This document shows, piece after piece, positions 35,344-46,654 of a stretch of DNA of 64,000 nt. Within the stretch, counting starts at the first letter, position 1, and each line of letters opens with the position of its first letter. Source of the stretch: an uncultured Chloroflexia bacterium (GTDB taxonomy: Bacteria; Chloroflexota; Limnocylindria; Limnocylindrales; CSP1-4); assembly GCA_963768655.1 (NCBI GenBank), contig CAVYIM010000005.1:224001-288000 (forward strand), given 5' to 3'. The position numbers and the translations under genes were made by a program. Under the pieces are notes generated by a model, which was not told the origin of the DNA, did no database searches, and saw nothing but the letters and a program-made list of their open reading frames with translations.

Positions 35344-35604
35344 ATGCCGAAAGTCAGCGAGTTCTTCGGGATCACCATCTACATGTTCTACGACGATCAT
35401 CCGGGGCCACATTTCCATGCCACCTACAACGGCCGTGAAGTCAAGGTCCGGATCGCCGACCTGTCGGTGATGGCGGGCGGGCTGAGCGCAAGGGCGATGG
35501 GCCTTGTGATCGAATGGGCCGCCCAGCAGCGAGCCGCGCTCGGTGAGAACTGGACCCGCGCCAGCCAGCGGCTGCCTCTGGAGAAGATCCCCGGCCTGAA
35601 GTAG
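35344..35604 (+). CDS. DUF4160 family protein, copy 2
   Basis: MPKVSEFFGITI...HPGPHFHA...VIEWA; GGAGGAG RBS. Confidence 0.88.
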   Translation: MPKVSEFFGITIYMFYDDHPGPHFHATYNGREVKVRIADLSVMAGGLSARAMGLVIEWAAQQRAALGENWTRASQRLPLEKIPGLK

Positions 35605-35617
35605 GATCGGCTGCACG

Positions 35618-35920
35618 ATGTTGCGAATACGCTCAGTGCGGGCGCTCGATGATTACCGGGTTCGGCTGACCCTGACCAACGGCGACAGTGTCGAGCGCGA
35701 TCTCACCGACATGATCTGGGGTCCCGTCTTCGAGCCCTTGCGGGCCGAATACGCGCGTTTCCGACAGGTCCGCGTAGAAGCCGGGACGCTCACCTGGCCG
35801 GGAGATCTCGATTTCGACCCCGACACGTTGATCTGGGGCGGTGCGCCGCCGTCCGAACCGGGCTCTCGCCCGCCTCGCTTCCTCAAGATCGCGCGTAGCT
35901 CGCCGGCGAAAGCCGGGTAG
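35618..35920 (+). CDS. DUF2442 family protein, copy 2
   Basis: YRVRLTLTNG...GPVFEPL...GTLTWPGDLDFDPDTL. Confidence 0.85.
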   Translation: MLRIRSVRALDDYRVRLTLTNGDSVERDLTDMIWGPVFEPLRAEYARFRQVRVEAGTLTWPGDLDFDPDTLIWGGAPPSEPGSRPPRFLKIARSSPAKAG

Positions 35921-36020
35921 GCCCGGTAGGCCGCCACGAGGCTGCGGTCCGCGAGCATCCGCATGCCGTACGGCCATGGCTGCGGGGGGAGCGGGTCGCC
36001 GTGCTCGTCCACTCCGTTGC

Positions 36021-36563
36021 TCACTGCGTCTCACTTGTGGGCGACCGTAGCCCAGGGCGCTCGAAGATAGCCTGCCACTGTGGCGTGGCATCGAGGAGCG
36101 CCGCGGCGCGCTGGTGCACAGCCGGCGCTCGGCCGGGGGCGGTGGACATCGCCCCGGGATCGATCGCTCGCCCGAGCCGACAGAGGTCGAGCCGGTCGGC
36201 GTCCCAGCACGCGCCGATCGTCGGATCATCGCTGGTCGTTCCGTCGGCGTGGCCTTGGCAGGCCAGGTCCAGGAGATCGAGCCGATCGTCCGCGAGGCCG
36301 ATCAGCTCGTTGTTCAGGCAGCACGCCAGGAAGCCGCCGCGCCTGCCGTGGCCATCGTCGCTCTGTTCGGTGAAGCGCATGGAGTCGTGGAAGATCGCGA
36401 ACAGGACGACCAGCAACGGGTCGGCGCCCACCTCGGCGGCCAGGTCCAGTCCGTTCGTCGCCACGCGCCGCCAGTGATCCTCGCCATGGAATGGCAAGCG
36501 GCGCGAGGGCGAGAGAATACGGACGGCATCGAGGACGGCCTGGAGATCCGGCTGGACGCTCAT
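36021..36563 (-). CDS. HD-domain protein
   Basis: HGEDHWRRV, FHDS, GHG, CWDADRLDL. Confidence 0.8.
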   Translation of the reverse strand: MSVQPDLQAVLDAVRILSPSRRLPFHGEDHWRRVATNGLDLAAEVGADPLLVVLFAIFHDSMRFTEQSDDGHGRRGGFLACCLNNELIGLADDRLDLLDLACQGHADGTTSDDPTIGACWDADRLDLCRLGRAIDPGAMSTAPGRAPAVHQRAAALLDATPQWQAIFERPGLRSPTSETQ

Positions 36564-36672
36564 CGGGTCACCCGTGCGCAGCCGAGCGTGGCGAGGGCGT
36601 CGGCGAGGCGCCCCTGGACGTGGTTACCCTGATCTTCCACCGTGGGCATGCCTGACTCTCCCAATTGTTTCG

Positions 36673-37059
36673 CTACGTCGCCCCATCGATAGCCGGCGGA
36701 AGGTCGAGCCCGAGCTGGTGCAGCAGTGCGGCGCGAACCCCGCGGCGGATGTCCGGGCTGGAGACGTACTGGACCTGGCCGCCGATCTCATAGGCGGTCA
36801 CCCGGGACAGGTCGATGGTCCGAACCTGGTGGCAGAGGATGACTCCATCCCTGGTCTGGCCGGCTTGCCCGGCCGGGATCGCGACCTCCCCCGGATACCT
36901 CGCCTCACGCGCCGAGACGGGGCACACCTGGGCCATTCCGCCCCTGTGGAAGGCCTCGTACGAGACGACGAGGGCTCGACGGGTTCCTGCCTGTTCGTGG
37001 CCCTGCGCCGGGTCGAAGTCGACGAGGACCATCGCCCACCGCAGTGCGCCGGCGGTCAT
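36673..37059 (-). CDS. MazF/PemK toxin
   Basis: DFDPAQGHEQAGTRRALVVS, QVRTID. Confidence 0.9.
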   Translation of the reverse strand: MTAGALRWAMVLVDFDPAQGHEQAGTRRALVVSYEAFHRGGMAQVCPVSAREARYPGEVAIPAGQAGQTRDGVILCHQVRTIDLSRVTAYEIGGQVQYVSSPDIRRGVRAALLHQLGLDLPPAIDGAT

Positions 37060-37310
37060 GCGGGCCAGCTCTCGCCATCGCCGTAGTCCTGGGCAATCGC
37101 CGTCATCTCGGCCTTGAACGCCGGATCGCCGGCTGCCGCCTCCCAAATCGCCGCCTCTTGTCGCGCCTGTATCTCGAGGTAGAAGCGTTCCACCGCCAGC
37201 TCCACGACCTCGTCCTGGCTCCGCGCGACCCCCGGCAGGTCGGCGAGCTCCCGCACGCGGTGGAGCGTGGTGGGGCTGAGGTTGTAGGTTCGCTTCGTCT
37301 TCGCCGGCAC
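37056..37310 (-). CDS. RHH antitoxin (MazE position)
   Basis: KRTYNLS...SQDEVVELAV; ATGA overlap with toxin. Confidence 0.78.
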   Translation of the reverse strand: MPAKTKRTYNLSPTTLHRVRELADLPGVARSQDEVVELAVERFYLEIQARQEAAIWEAAAGDPAFKAEMTAIAQDYGDGESWPA

Positions 37311-37345
37311 GGCCGCAGTATCCACGTCCGGATATGACGTGTCAA
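37311..37345 (-). promoter_or_regulatory. leaderless sigma70 promoter for the mazEF-like pair
   Basis: TTGACA-17-GATACT-6-GTG; TATCC...GGATA inverted repeat overlaps the spacer and -10. Confidence 0.65.
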
Positions 37346-37420
37346 CATGACGTCCGCGCCGCTGTTCGTCCCGCCCGCCGCCGGCCTGTCGAGGGCCTAC
37401 CGCTGGCCGCCCGCCGCCGG

Positions 37421-37480
37421 CTGGCCCGCCGCGCCCTGGCCCGCCGCGCCCTGGCCCGCCGCCCGCTGGCCCGCCGCCCG
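37421..37480. repeat. 15-bp tandem repeat x4
   Basis: CTGGCCCGCCGC(GCC/CCG) units. Confidence 0.8.
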
Positions 37481-37931
37481 GCCGCCCCTGAACGACTCCC
37501 ATCTAGTCAGACTCCACTGGGGTGAGAGTTGCGCAACCTGGCGTGCCGCCGGGCACCGCAGGGCGGGCAATGCCGCCCGAGATCCACGCTGCCGTCGCGC
37601 ACCCGGGGAGCGCCGACCAGCGTTTCGGACACGCCCGAGGAGCCCGACCTCGCACAATTCTCATGGGGCGCAAGTTGGACCAGATCCTGCCGGGGTCGGA
37701 GGCGAGCGTCGCGGGCCGGAGGCGAGCGTCGCGGGGCTGGCGCCGGGGAGCGCCGCGGGCGGGCGGCGGCCCATCGATCTCAGGGCTTCGGATCATGTGG
37801 TGCTACGTCGCCCCGTCGAGAGCCGGAAATCCCTGCGGTCCCGGCACATCCATTGCTTCCGTCCCGCGTCCGTGGGGGTGGGTGCGCAGGAGGGCCTTCC
37901 ACCGGCAGCAAGCCGGCCCTTTCATCCGAGG

Positions 37932-38273
37932 TCAGTCGGCCCCCAGTAGCGCATCGATCTCATGGATGAGGACCGGGAGCTTGGTCTCGACAACGTCCCA
38001 GACCAGCCGGTCGTCCACCTCGGCGTAGCCGTGGATCAAGATGTTGCGGAAGGCGACGATGGCCCGGTGCTCGCTGATCCCGGCGGCAAGCTCCGCGTCG
38101 AGCCTGGCGAGCTGGCCCAAAGCTTCACCGATGATCTCGAATTCGCGCTCCACGGCGGCGCTCAGCATGGCATCGGCGGCATAGTCGGCGAAATGCTTGC
38201 CGGCCGCGAATTGCGCCAGCAAGGCAGCAGCCTGCCTCATGTCGTACAGGTACTTCTTGGCTTCAAGCCGCAT
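37932..38273 (-). CDS. HepT-like HEPN ribonuclease toxin (DUF86)
   Basis: AVEREFEIIGEA, FRNILIHGY (Rx4H), VWDVV. Confidence 0.92.
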   Translation of the reverse strand: MRLEAKKYLYDMRQAAALLAQFAAGKHFADYAADAMLSAAVEREFEIIGEALGQLARLDAELAAGISEHRAIVAFRNILIHGYAEVDDRLVWDVVETKLPVLIHEIDALLGAD

Positions 38274-38571
38274 AGAGCAACGCCCTCGTCTGCTCGACCG
38301 ACTGCCGGAAATAGGGATTCTTGATCGCGGAGGCGACCACAAGATCGACGGGCCTCCCCATCAAGCGCACCAGAGACTCGAGCAGGCCGAAGTAGGCATC
38401 GGCGTACTGGCCAGGCGGCAGGGCCTCGAATTCGACGAGGAAGTCGTAGTCGCTGCGCTCGGGGTCGAAGTCGTCTCGTGTGGCCGAGCCGAACAAGGAC
38501 AGGCTCGAGACGCGGTATCGGCGACAAAGGTCCGACAATTCCGCTCGGTGCTGATCGATCGCTGGGCTCAC
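38263..38571 (-). CDS. MntA-like minimal nucleotidyltransferase antitoxin
   Basis: LFGSA...SDYDFLV...VDLV. Confidence 0.92.
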   Translation of the reverse strand: MSPAIDQHRAELSDLCRRYRVSSLSLFGSATRDDFDPERSDYDFLVEFEALPPGQYADAYFGLLESLVRLMGRPVDLVVASAIKNPYFRQSVEQTRALLYAA

Positions 38572-38616
38572 GGCACTCTCTCCTCCGGTAGAGAGTAGCC
38601 GAGACTGGCTAGATTC

Positions 38617-38829
38617 TCACGCTAGGCGATGACCGGCCCTGCGGATGCAGTCTCCCGCCGTTCTCACCACATCGCCAGGGTAATGCTGGAGCACCCGCTC
38701 AAGATCCCCCGCCATCAGCCCGCGTCCCACCCGTCGGCGTGAATCCTCCTCGGCTCCCTCGATATACATTCTGCGGAGCCGCTGGTTGAGACGCGCACGG
38801 CGGTCATCTGGAAGCAGCGGCTTACCCAT
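38617..38829 (-). CDS. small hypothetical protein
   Basis: 70-aa ORF (YIEGAEEDSRRR...LERVLQHYPGD). Confidence 0.45.
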   Translation of the reverse strand: MGKPLLPDDRRARLNQRLRRMYIEGAEEDSRRRVGRGLMAGDLERVLQHYPGDVVRTAGDCIRRAGHRLA

Positions 38830-38965
38830 TGAACCCGTGAAGCCGCGTGTGCGGCGCACGCGATACCGCAAACGTCTGATGTCCCGCAAGGTCTTCGAGC
38901 CTACCGTATGCGCGGTGGGATAGGGCAGACAGCCGAACTAGAGCCTTTGCGAGGGGCACCCGGCG

Positions 38966-39970
38966 ATGGAGACGCAGAACGAGGCACAGCCAACCGGGCC
39001 GGTCGCCGACGCCGACCCGAGAGAGCGCCGACTCATCGGCATGGTGATTGGGGGTGCCGGCTACAGACCAGCCCCGGACTGGGCGTGGCGGTATGCGATC
39101 CAGGACCGGACACCGCTAGATGAGCCGACCAGATCCCGTCTGAAGGCCCATCTCGACAGAGCGGTCGAACTCGCGGCGGGTCTCCCGTCGCCGCGCTATC
39201 TCCGGCGCGAGCCACTTGATCTCGATCATCTCGACGCGGTGCTCGACACCAAGATTGGACACGGCCTGCCACCGAGTGATAGCGATGCGATTACCGCCTG
39301 GTGTCTCGACATCGCCGTCCGCGAGATGGGCGGATGGTGGGCTCCCGGTCCGCCTGAACCGTTGGCAGAGCCCCACTGGGTCCAGATCCCCGATCTGGGA
39401 GCGGTCGCGGTGACAGCGGCCTCCAATAGTCCCTTCTCCGGCCTGATCTCCATGCCTCCGCTGCCGCGCCTCTGTGCCGTCGGCGCGGATCGCCCCCGCT
39501 TGCTTGATTGGCTCTTCACCAAGATCGATGAAGCCTTCACTTGGCCGATGCGCCTTGCATGGCTGGCGCGGCGGAGTCAGGCGCCCAAGGCCGTTTTGCC
39601 GGAGGGGCTGCGCCTGGGCTGGATCTGCGCCGGCGACAGCATCGGAACCGAGGCACACCCTCACACCGGACTCATCGTCGGACCGGACGGAAGCGAGATG
39701 GTGGCTCCCGGCGCACCGACGGACGATCCGCGCAAGATACGAGAAGAGATCAACAGCGCAGAGGGTGGCCGGGCGAAATGGGGCATCTGGGGCCATGACG
39801 GTTCCTTCGAAGCGTTGGCATCGCTACGTGATCGACTCGCCGACATCTACGCCGGCCCGCCCGTGGAACACCATCCGGCGGTAGCGCGGTTTGAGGAGGC
39901 TCGCCGGGATGCCTGGAGAGGTGAGGATCGTTCTGGCTGGAGGCAACAGCAGGGGCGCTGGTGCTCCTGA
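38966..39970 (+). CDS. hypothetical protein
   Basis: 334-aa ORF with GAGGGG RBS, protein-like composition. Confidence 0.65.
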   Translation: METQNEAQPTGPVADADPRERRLIGMVIGGAGYRPAPDWAWRYAIQDRTPLDEPTRSRLKAHLDRAVELAAGLPSPRYLRREPLDLDHLDAVLDTKIGHGLPPSDSDAITAWCLDIAVREMGGWWAPGPPEPLAEPHWVQIPDLGAVAVTAASNSPFSGLISMPPLPRLCAVGADRPRLLDWLFTKIDEAFTWPMRLAWLARRSQAPKAVLPEGLRLGWICAGDSIGTEAHPHTGLIVGPDGSEMVAPGAPTDDPRKIREEINSAEGGRAKWGIWGHDGSFEALASLRDRLADIYAGPPVEHHPAVARFEEARRDAWRGEDRSGWRQQQGRWCS

Positions 39971-40419
39971 CCGGTTGCCATAGGTACCTCGAGCCGCTCG
40001 CGATGCAACTTCCGCAACGGGGCATGGTCGTCGTGCGTGACGACGGAGTCGACACCGTCGTCGAGCGGCGATTGGCAACGCCCGCTCCGGCCGCCATCGT
40101 CATATGCCGATGCGCGGCATTGAGTGTGTGGCCCATTCGCCGAGCGGAGCTCGCCCATTCTCTTGGCAGAGTCCCTATCGTGGTGGTCGGCGGTCGCAAA
40201 CCCTGGACGATGCTGCCCGCTCTCGAACTCGGAGCCGATGCCGTCGTAGATGCCCAGGGTGGGTCAATCCTGGAGGTTCTTCTGCGCACCGGGTGGCCGG
40301 CGGCGTTTGCGGACGCGATGGCCCGCCTCGGCATTCCAGAGGCCGTCGACCGCTGGCCACCTTACACGGCGCGATACCCCCAGCATGAGCAGGCCCTGAG
40401 GTCATCGCCGAATTCTTGA
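39961..40419 (+). CDS. atypical receiver-like domain protein
   Basis: VPIVVVG...ALELGADAVV resembles the receiver C-terminal half. Confidence 0.4.
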   Translation: MLLTGCHRYLEPLAMQLPQRGMVVVRDDGVDTVVERRLATPAPAAIVICRCAALSVWPIRRAELAHSLGRVPIVVVGGRKPWTMLPALELGADAVVDAQGGSILEVLLRTGWPAAFADAMARLGIPEAVDRWPPYTARYPQHEQALRSSPNS

Positions 40420-40429
40420 GCCCCCTTGG

Positions 40430-40828
40430 GACTGACCTTGGTCCAGGGTCAGATCAGGAGGACTGGTCGTGGGCGGTCGCCACCCTGAGACGGACCCCTG
40501 TGCTGCCCTGGCCGCCTGGCGCGAGGCTTCCGGGATCGTCGAGGGCCCACTGTTCACGTCGATCCACGTCAGCGGCAAGCTCGGCGGGGGGCTCTGCCGG
40601 CATCGACGTGACCGCATCATCGTCGGGGCTGCGAAGGCCGCTGGCATCGACGCCACGGGCTACCCAGGGCGCTCGCTGAGGGCCGGACTCGCCACGAGCG
40701 CACTGCCAGAGGGGCGAGCGAGCGGAGCATTCAGGCCGTCACCGGCCGACATGAGCACCACAATGCTGCGCCGCTACATCCGGTCGGGCAGCCTGTTCGC
40801 CGAGACCGTCGCAACGCTGGATCTGTGA
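40430..40828 (+). pseudogene. C-terminal remnant of a Cre-like tyrosine recombinase
   Basis: DPCAALAAW...GPLF...GRSLRAGLATSA...MLRRYIRSGSLF; HxxR His lost, N-terminus missing. Confidence 0.72.
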
Positions 40829-41319
40829 CGCGACCCAACCAGATCCCAATCCCTCGTCCGAAGCGCGTGAGTGCGGGAAGCCCGAAGAGTCTTCGGCTCC
40901 GCCCCTCGAGTCGCACGCGCTTGTTCGCCTTATCCCACGGCCCGCTCACCCATTGCGTGATGCGATGCGGCGCGCCCGTGGAAGCATGCGGCCATGCGGA
41001 ACCGGTGAGGGCCGGGCGTTCGATCCGGCGCCGGCCCGACGCCTTCGCGGGGATCGACCGCAATACACGCTGCTGTCGGTCGGCGGATCCTGCGCCGGCC
41101 CGGCTACGAGGTCCTCGTCGCCAGGAGCCTTAAGGAAAACCAGCGGCCCTCGCCTCCGGCTCCTGGGACGCCGCCATCATCGACCGCAACGCCGTCGTCG
41201 CGCCGGGGGTCTCGGCCCGGATGGGAGCCCGCCGGCGGATCCGCCGCGCGGCAGCTCTTTGTATCGGAACGTGCTGACCGCGGTCGAGACATACCGAACG
41301 CCCGCTGCGCTCCCCTTCG

Positions 41320-41690
41320 CGCGGCCGGCGGTCGCGCTCGTCGAAGACGAGCCGATAATCGGCCGGCTCGTCGAAGTCGATCTCGGGCAGGCGGGCCTAG
41401 AGTGCCGCAGCTTCACCGACCAGAGACTGCTCGCGGCCTGCGCCAACGCTGTCGTCGACGTGGAGTTCGTGCATCCCCGGGCCGGACAGATCAGCGCTCA
41501 GAGGCCGCGGCGGCCATCGCGCCCTGCCGGGCTACGGGAACATCGGCTCGGCCTGGTGGCCGGCGGCTCGCCTTCGGCTGCCGCGGCGGACTTCGACTGC
41601 ATCCTCGCGAGCCCTTCATCGAGGAGGGCCTACTGGCGGCGGTCACGGAGAGCGCTGACCGCTGCGGCTGGTTGGCCATCAGAAGGGGCG
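41320..41690 (+). pseudogene. degenerate response-regulator remnant
   Basis: VALVEDEPII...; (K/E)PFIEEGLLAAV in another frame. Confidence 0.4.
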
Positions 41691-43255
41691 CTGGGCCTTG
41701 CTCGGTCGGTCGGCGGAAAATCGTGCCCAGGAAGGCCATCGAGAGGCCCCGCCAGAGGAGACTTGCTCGGGCCCGCGTCGAGGGCTGGGGTCGCGCTTCG
41801 TTCGTTCGAGCCCCGACGTGACTGAACAGGAACCCGTAAAGTGCACGCCGCTGACGATGCCCGCGAGGCCCGCTACTCCGGCGCGACCTTTGACCCCACC
41901 GGCGTCATGATGACCGCCCACAAGTTCGCCCAACACTTGACCCTCGCGAGGCAAAGGCGCTCCAGGACGAGGCGTCCCGGCGGGCGTCATGTTGCTCGTC
42001 TACCAGGAGCAGGACCCCGCCACACCAAGCCCGAGGCACTGCCGGACCGCTAGGTCCTTTTCCCCTGTACGGAAAACTCGTTCGTGCAGCCACGACCGCC
42101 ACAGGGCCGCCGAGCGCCCCCCGACCGTTGGCGACGGGCATGAACGCCGAGCCGTTAAGCCACGTCTTCGAGCCGTACTCCACGGGCGCGGGCCTCGGAC
42201 TAGCGACGTCTAGGCATATAAGCCAGCCTGAGGGAGATCGCGGCCGCCAGTGAGCCAGGCCTCGGAACGACCTTCACCGTCAGGCTGCCGGGGGTCGCCA
42301 GTACGACCAGCGACGAAGCTGGGCCACAGCACTACGAGAACAAGAGCCGGTGGCGCCAGATAGCACGGCGGGTGCCAGCCGAGTAGCGGTGCGATCCCGG
42401 CGGGGTGGTCACGTGGACGATGGGCGGCTCGGGCCAGCGGCACCAGCCACTGCCTGGGCGGTGCGGCGATACGCGGCGCAATGGCAAGGGATCGCGCGGG
42501 TGCGCTCTGACCCGCGGCGCCGGGGCCGGGCGCGGTTGTGACATCTGCAGAACTGCCCGGGCACGCCCCACATGGCCCATCCCTGGCACGGTTGTCCATC
42601 CTGTCGGGTACCCAGACAGCGACGCATCACCCGCGCCCTAGCGCTGTACATGGACCCCTCCTGTGGGGGCCACGCTGTGTCGGGATTGCCGGATTCCGCC
42701 GATCGTGAGCCCGATGGTGACGGCCGTCGCGATCGCATGTGGAGCCTGTGCGGCCTCACGGTCCGCGCCGGTGAGCCGGCGGCCGCAGATCCGACCGCTC
42801 AGAGGCAGCCCTCTCCTCGCGCCCCACATCGCGCGGCGAGGCTACTGCACAGCGGATCGAGTACTTCACGGCTCGGCCTCCAACGTGATCGCCCCGGCAG
42901 CGACGCAGAGACGGCACCGGTATCGGTCGGCCGGCCTGAGAGATGTGCCAGATGAGGCAGCGACCCGACCCCAGCGGCGCTCCTTGCCTCGCGAACAGCA
43001 GCGGGATCATCCCGTCGTGCGACGCCTGGGCCTGCATGGCACGAACGCGCCAGGCGATCTCATGCTCGTCCGCCAGGGCCTGCAGAACACGCTGCTTCTG
43101 CCAGAGGATAGCGGGCACGGGCTCAGGGCGCGGGGCCCCTGGACGACCAGGGTTCCCCCTTGACGCTCACCGTCAGGCCGGCCAGGCGCGCCTGGAGAAG
43201 TAGGATCATGCCGTCCACGTCGATACCATCGCCGGCCGGCTCGGGCGGCGGGCGG

Positions 43256-45388
43256 TCACCCAGCTGCCCACTGGGGATCGCAGGCCGCTTCGAGGGCAAT
43301 CGCCTCGATGTCGGATTCCGCTTTTGCGGGACCTCGTGCATCCCCATCGTCGGCCGTGCAAACCTGCAAACTCTCAGTCGTCGGCAGGATCGGCGCATCG
43401 TCGGGCACCGCGTCGCCCAGCACCAGCCTAGCCGGCCTTCGAGGCCGATCCTCCAAGTTGCGCAGGTAGCCGCGCCGCAAGCAGACCTGAACCCGCCGCC
43501 AGACGGCCGACTGGTCGAGATGGAGGTGCGCGGCCACCGCGGTGACGGTGACCTCGCCGCCTCCCCCGCCCAGCCGGGACACGGCCTCGACGGTCTCTCG
43601 GACAGTCGGGCGACCGTCGCGCCGGCAGCGTCCGAGACCAGATCAGCAATGAGGTCCCGCACGACTCGGTAGTCGTCCAGCGTGGCGACAATCCGTCCGG
43701 AGGCATCGCGCTGCCGTGACGCCTGATGTAGAAGCGCATGGGCTCGGATCAGGTTGAGCACGGTGCCAAAGTCCGCCGGATGCGCACCGCAACGGCCGGC
43801 ACCTCGGCGGCGAGGGTTTTGGCATACGGGATCGTCACGCGAGCGTCGGTTGAGGCAAGCCAGACCTGTAGGCCCTGCCAGGGTTCGAGATCCGGCACTG
43901 GACGATCCTCCTCAGCCAGGGCCGCCAGCACTGCACGAGTCTGCTCGGCGCTATCGGTCACCGTTATCGAGAGGAGTCTGGTCTCGTTCTCTGGGTGCAA
44001 GCTGACCGCAGTCGTGGTCACGATGAGCCCGGTCGGCCCCTCGCGCTCGATCAGCTTGGGAACGAGACCCTCGGGCGTCTTCTCCACCGTCTCGTAGCGG
44101 ACGCGACCCTCCGACAGCAGGGAGCGCACCAGGTAGCTGGCGAAGTCGCCCGAGAGCCCCGCCGCCTCGTACAGGACAAGGTGGCGGTGCGAAAGGGGCT
44201 CGGTACCGTAGGCGAGGGCCCGCTCGCTCATCGCGGTCAAGGCGTAGTACGAGTCTCCGGGGAAGTAGCGAAGAACCTGCTCTACGACATGCGATTTGCC
44301 GCCGGCGCTCGGGCCCTTCAGAGCGATCGATACCGGCCGAGGCAGCAGGCGACTGACCAGCGCCAGGAACACTATCTTGACAGTCCGCTGCTCTCCGGCG
44401 ACCGAGGCGGAGATGCTCTCCCCGAACCGATCGAGGATGCGGGGGGCCGTCGCGATCGGCTCGCATAGCCGCCAGGCTACGGCCGCCTGGTCGACATGCT
44501 CGGCGGCCTCGACCTGGGCGAACGGCACAGCGGCTTCCACAGCTGCCTGCCAGCGCTCCCGAAATGGGACGGATCGGATAGGTAGAACTCACTCGCATCC
44601 TTGGCTCCTTCCAGGTAGACCAGGCGCACCCGATCTCGGATGCTCGACTTGGCGAGCCAGCCAAGGACAGCCCGACCACCGTCGTCGGGCTCGACGACGA
44701 CGTGTATCTCGGCGACGCCGTCGAGATCGCGGGCCCAAGTCTCCCGCCAGCTGTTCGCCCCCGGCAAGCCCACTGCGGCGAAACCTGCGTGCCAGAGCGT
44801 GTGGCAGTCTGACTCGCCCTCGACCAGCGCCACCGGGTCGCGTAGGGCTGCAAGTGCGCCCCGTCGAGTCGGCCGGCCGAGACGATCGAGCCCATAGAGA
44901 AGCGGCTTGGAACCGTGGCGCCAGCGGAAGCGGTCCGGGCCCTCGACGCTTATGCGGTAGCGGACCGACACCTCGGCCCCGTCTGCGTCGTGGTAGGGAA
45001 TGCGAACGGCCGGCGCCCCGCCCTTGGCCGGCCAGGTCGCGTCGGAGACGCCGAGCGATCTAAGCCATGCCTCGTCGAGCCCCTTGGCATCCGCGTAGGC
45101 GCGAAGTGTGCAGCCGACCGGATGTGTTTGCGCGTTTGCAAGGTCAGGCGAGGGGCTCTGGCTCTCGCCCGTGGTCGAGGGGAAGAGGCTGGCCATCGTC
45201 ATGCCGACAGCATCGACCACAGCCTCCTGCGTGCAGCCGGCGTGGCAGAACAGAAGCGTTCGCCCGTCGTCCCCCAGACTGATAGAGAGCGATGGCGAGC
45301 GATCCTCATGAGCCGGGCAGAGACTGCGCCATCCGGAGCCGCAGCGGTGCACGCCGGAGAGCCTGCCAAGAATCTCGGGCGCGTTCAT
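43256..45388 (-). CDS. primase-helicase (Zn finger + TOPRIM + P-loop ATPase + wHTH), split by frameshifts
   Basis: CPAHED..PSL...CHAGC; VEGESD, EPDDGG; GPSAGGKS; frame changes near 44550, 43770, 43610. Confidence 0.78.
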
Positions 45389-45663
45389 GGCTCGACCTGG
45401 CCGAAACGCCCGTCGTCCGCCCGTCGAGACCGAGCGCGGCTCGCCTTGAGAGCGAGCGATGCCATGTGACTCCGCCGAGCCGCGGCAGCCCGCTTGGCTC
45501 TCTCCCCTGGCGGGAGTTTGCCTTCCGGGTCTACCTGCCGCTCAAAACGTGCCAGAAACGCCCGCGTGGCGGCGGCCGTTGACGTACCGCCTTGGGCGTG
45601 AAGTGCATAGGCGGCGCAGCGAGCGCGGAGGCTGCGTTGCTGGGGTGTAAGAGAAGACGCCAC
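45385..45663 (-). CDS. small basic element protein
   Basis: 92 aa, FERQVDPEGKLPPGERAKRA; ATGA overlap with the primase gene. Confidence 0.65.
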   Translation of the reverse strand: MASSLTPQQRSLRARCAAYALHAQGGTSTAAATRAFLARFERQVDPEGKLPPGERAKRAAAARRSHMASLALKASRARSRRADDGRFGQVEP

Positions 45664-46090
45664 CGAGGTAACCCTTTCTCGGCACCCCTGCCGGGGGTCG
45701 AGTATCGGGATCGGTGGCGCCCAAACGGCGGCGATCTGCCCGCAAACTCTTGCTCCGGAATCATAGCACGTCGCACGGACGGCGGATCAGGCGGCCACTC
45801 GCTCGCATTGCTTAGGTAAGCACGGACTGAAGCTTCCTGCCCGAGGAACTCTCCCAGGAGGCCACCCTCGAAGGCCGGCCCGGACTGGGCCACGCCCGCG
45901 CAGACGCGACGACCGGACGCCAACAACGTCCGACGGACATGGGCAAACCAAGGACCGACGGGAGCGGAAGTCTTAGGAGGCGGGGTAGCGGTAGGTCCGG
46001 CCGAGAAACGATGCTAAGGCTGCTACACCCTAAGTCCTGCTCGGCCGGCCTGATGCCGAGGGGTCGGGCGAAGCCGACGGACTGCATCCC

Positions 46091-46654
46091 TCATGGTTTC
46101 TGCTCATGCCGGCTGACGCCCAGGCGTTCCCACAGCTTCGCCATCGCCTGCTCGTGGGCCTCGCGTTCCTCTGCCTTCCGGCCCTCCAAGGCGCGCTCCG
46201 AAACGAGTTCGTCCCGCGCATCCGGACCGGCCTGCGCGAGGTCTTCATCTCCCCAAACGTCCAAGCGTGCCTCATTCCCGCACCTACAGACCACCACACA
46301 TGGCAGGCGGACCTTCCTCCCTGTCTCTGGCCTGAAGCCACTGTTGCCCGGCCCATAAGCGGGCAGACCACTCGGGTGCTTGCGCTTGCGGTTCACAAGG
46401 CCGGGGGCGAGACGAACAATCGCGCCGATCGTTTCCTGCCACGACTCGTACGAGTCGTCCTCCTGCTCGTCGTCGCCGGGGTCTAGGATGGGCCCCGTCC
46501 GTTGGACGGCTCGGTCGCCGTCTGCTCGGATCGACGCCAGACGATAGGTCGCGAGCACGGCGTCGCATCGACGGCAGCGGAACTCGGCCGTAATTGGCCG
46601 CTCGATAGCGTCCCGTTCCCGGGTGTGAGGGGCGAGCGGTGGAGGCAGTTTCAC
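46091..46654 (-). CDS. hypothetical zinc-binding protein
   Basis: GTGA overlap with integrase stop; CRRC and CRCG pairs. Confidence 0.55.
   Translation of the reverse strand: MKLPPPLAPHTRERDAIERPITAEFRCRRCDAVLATYRLASIRADGDRAVQRTGPILDPGDDEQEDDSYESWQETIGAIVRLAPGLVNRKRKHPSGLPAYGPGNSGFRPETGRKVRLPCVVVCRCGNEARLDVWGDEDLAQAGPDARDELVSERALEGRKAEEREAHEQAMAKLWERLGVSRHEQKP

Noticed and set aside
39560-39576. TGGCTGGCG as the att duplicate of the tRNA-Gln 3' end
   Set aside because: Only 9 bp match, inside an ORF; expected by chance at this GC content.
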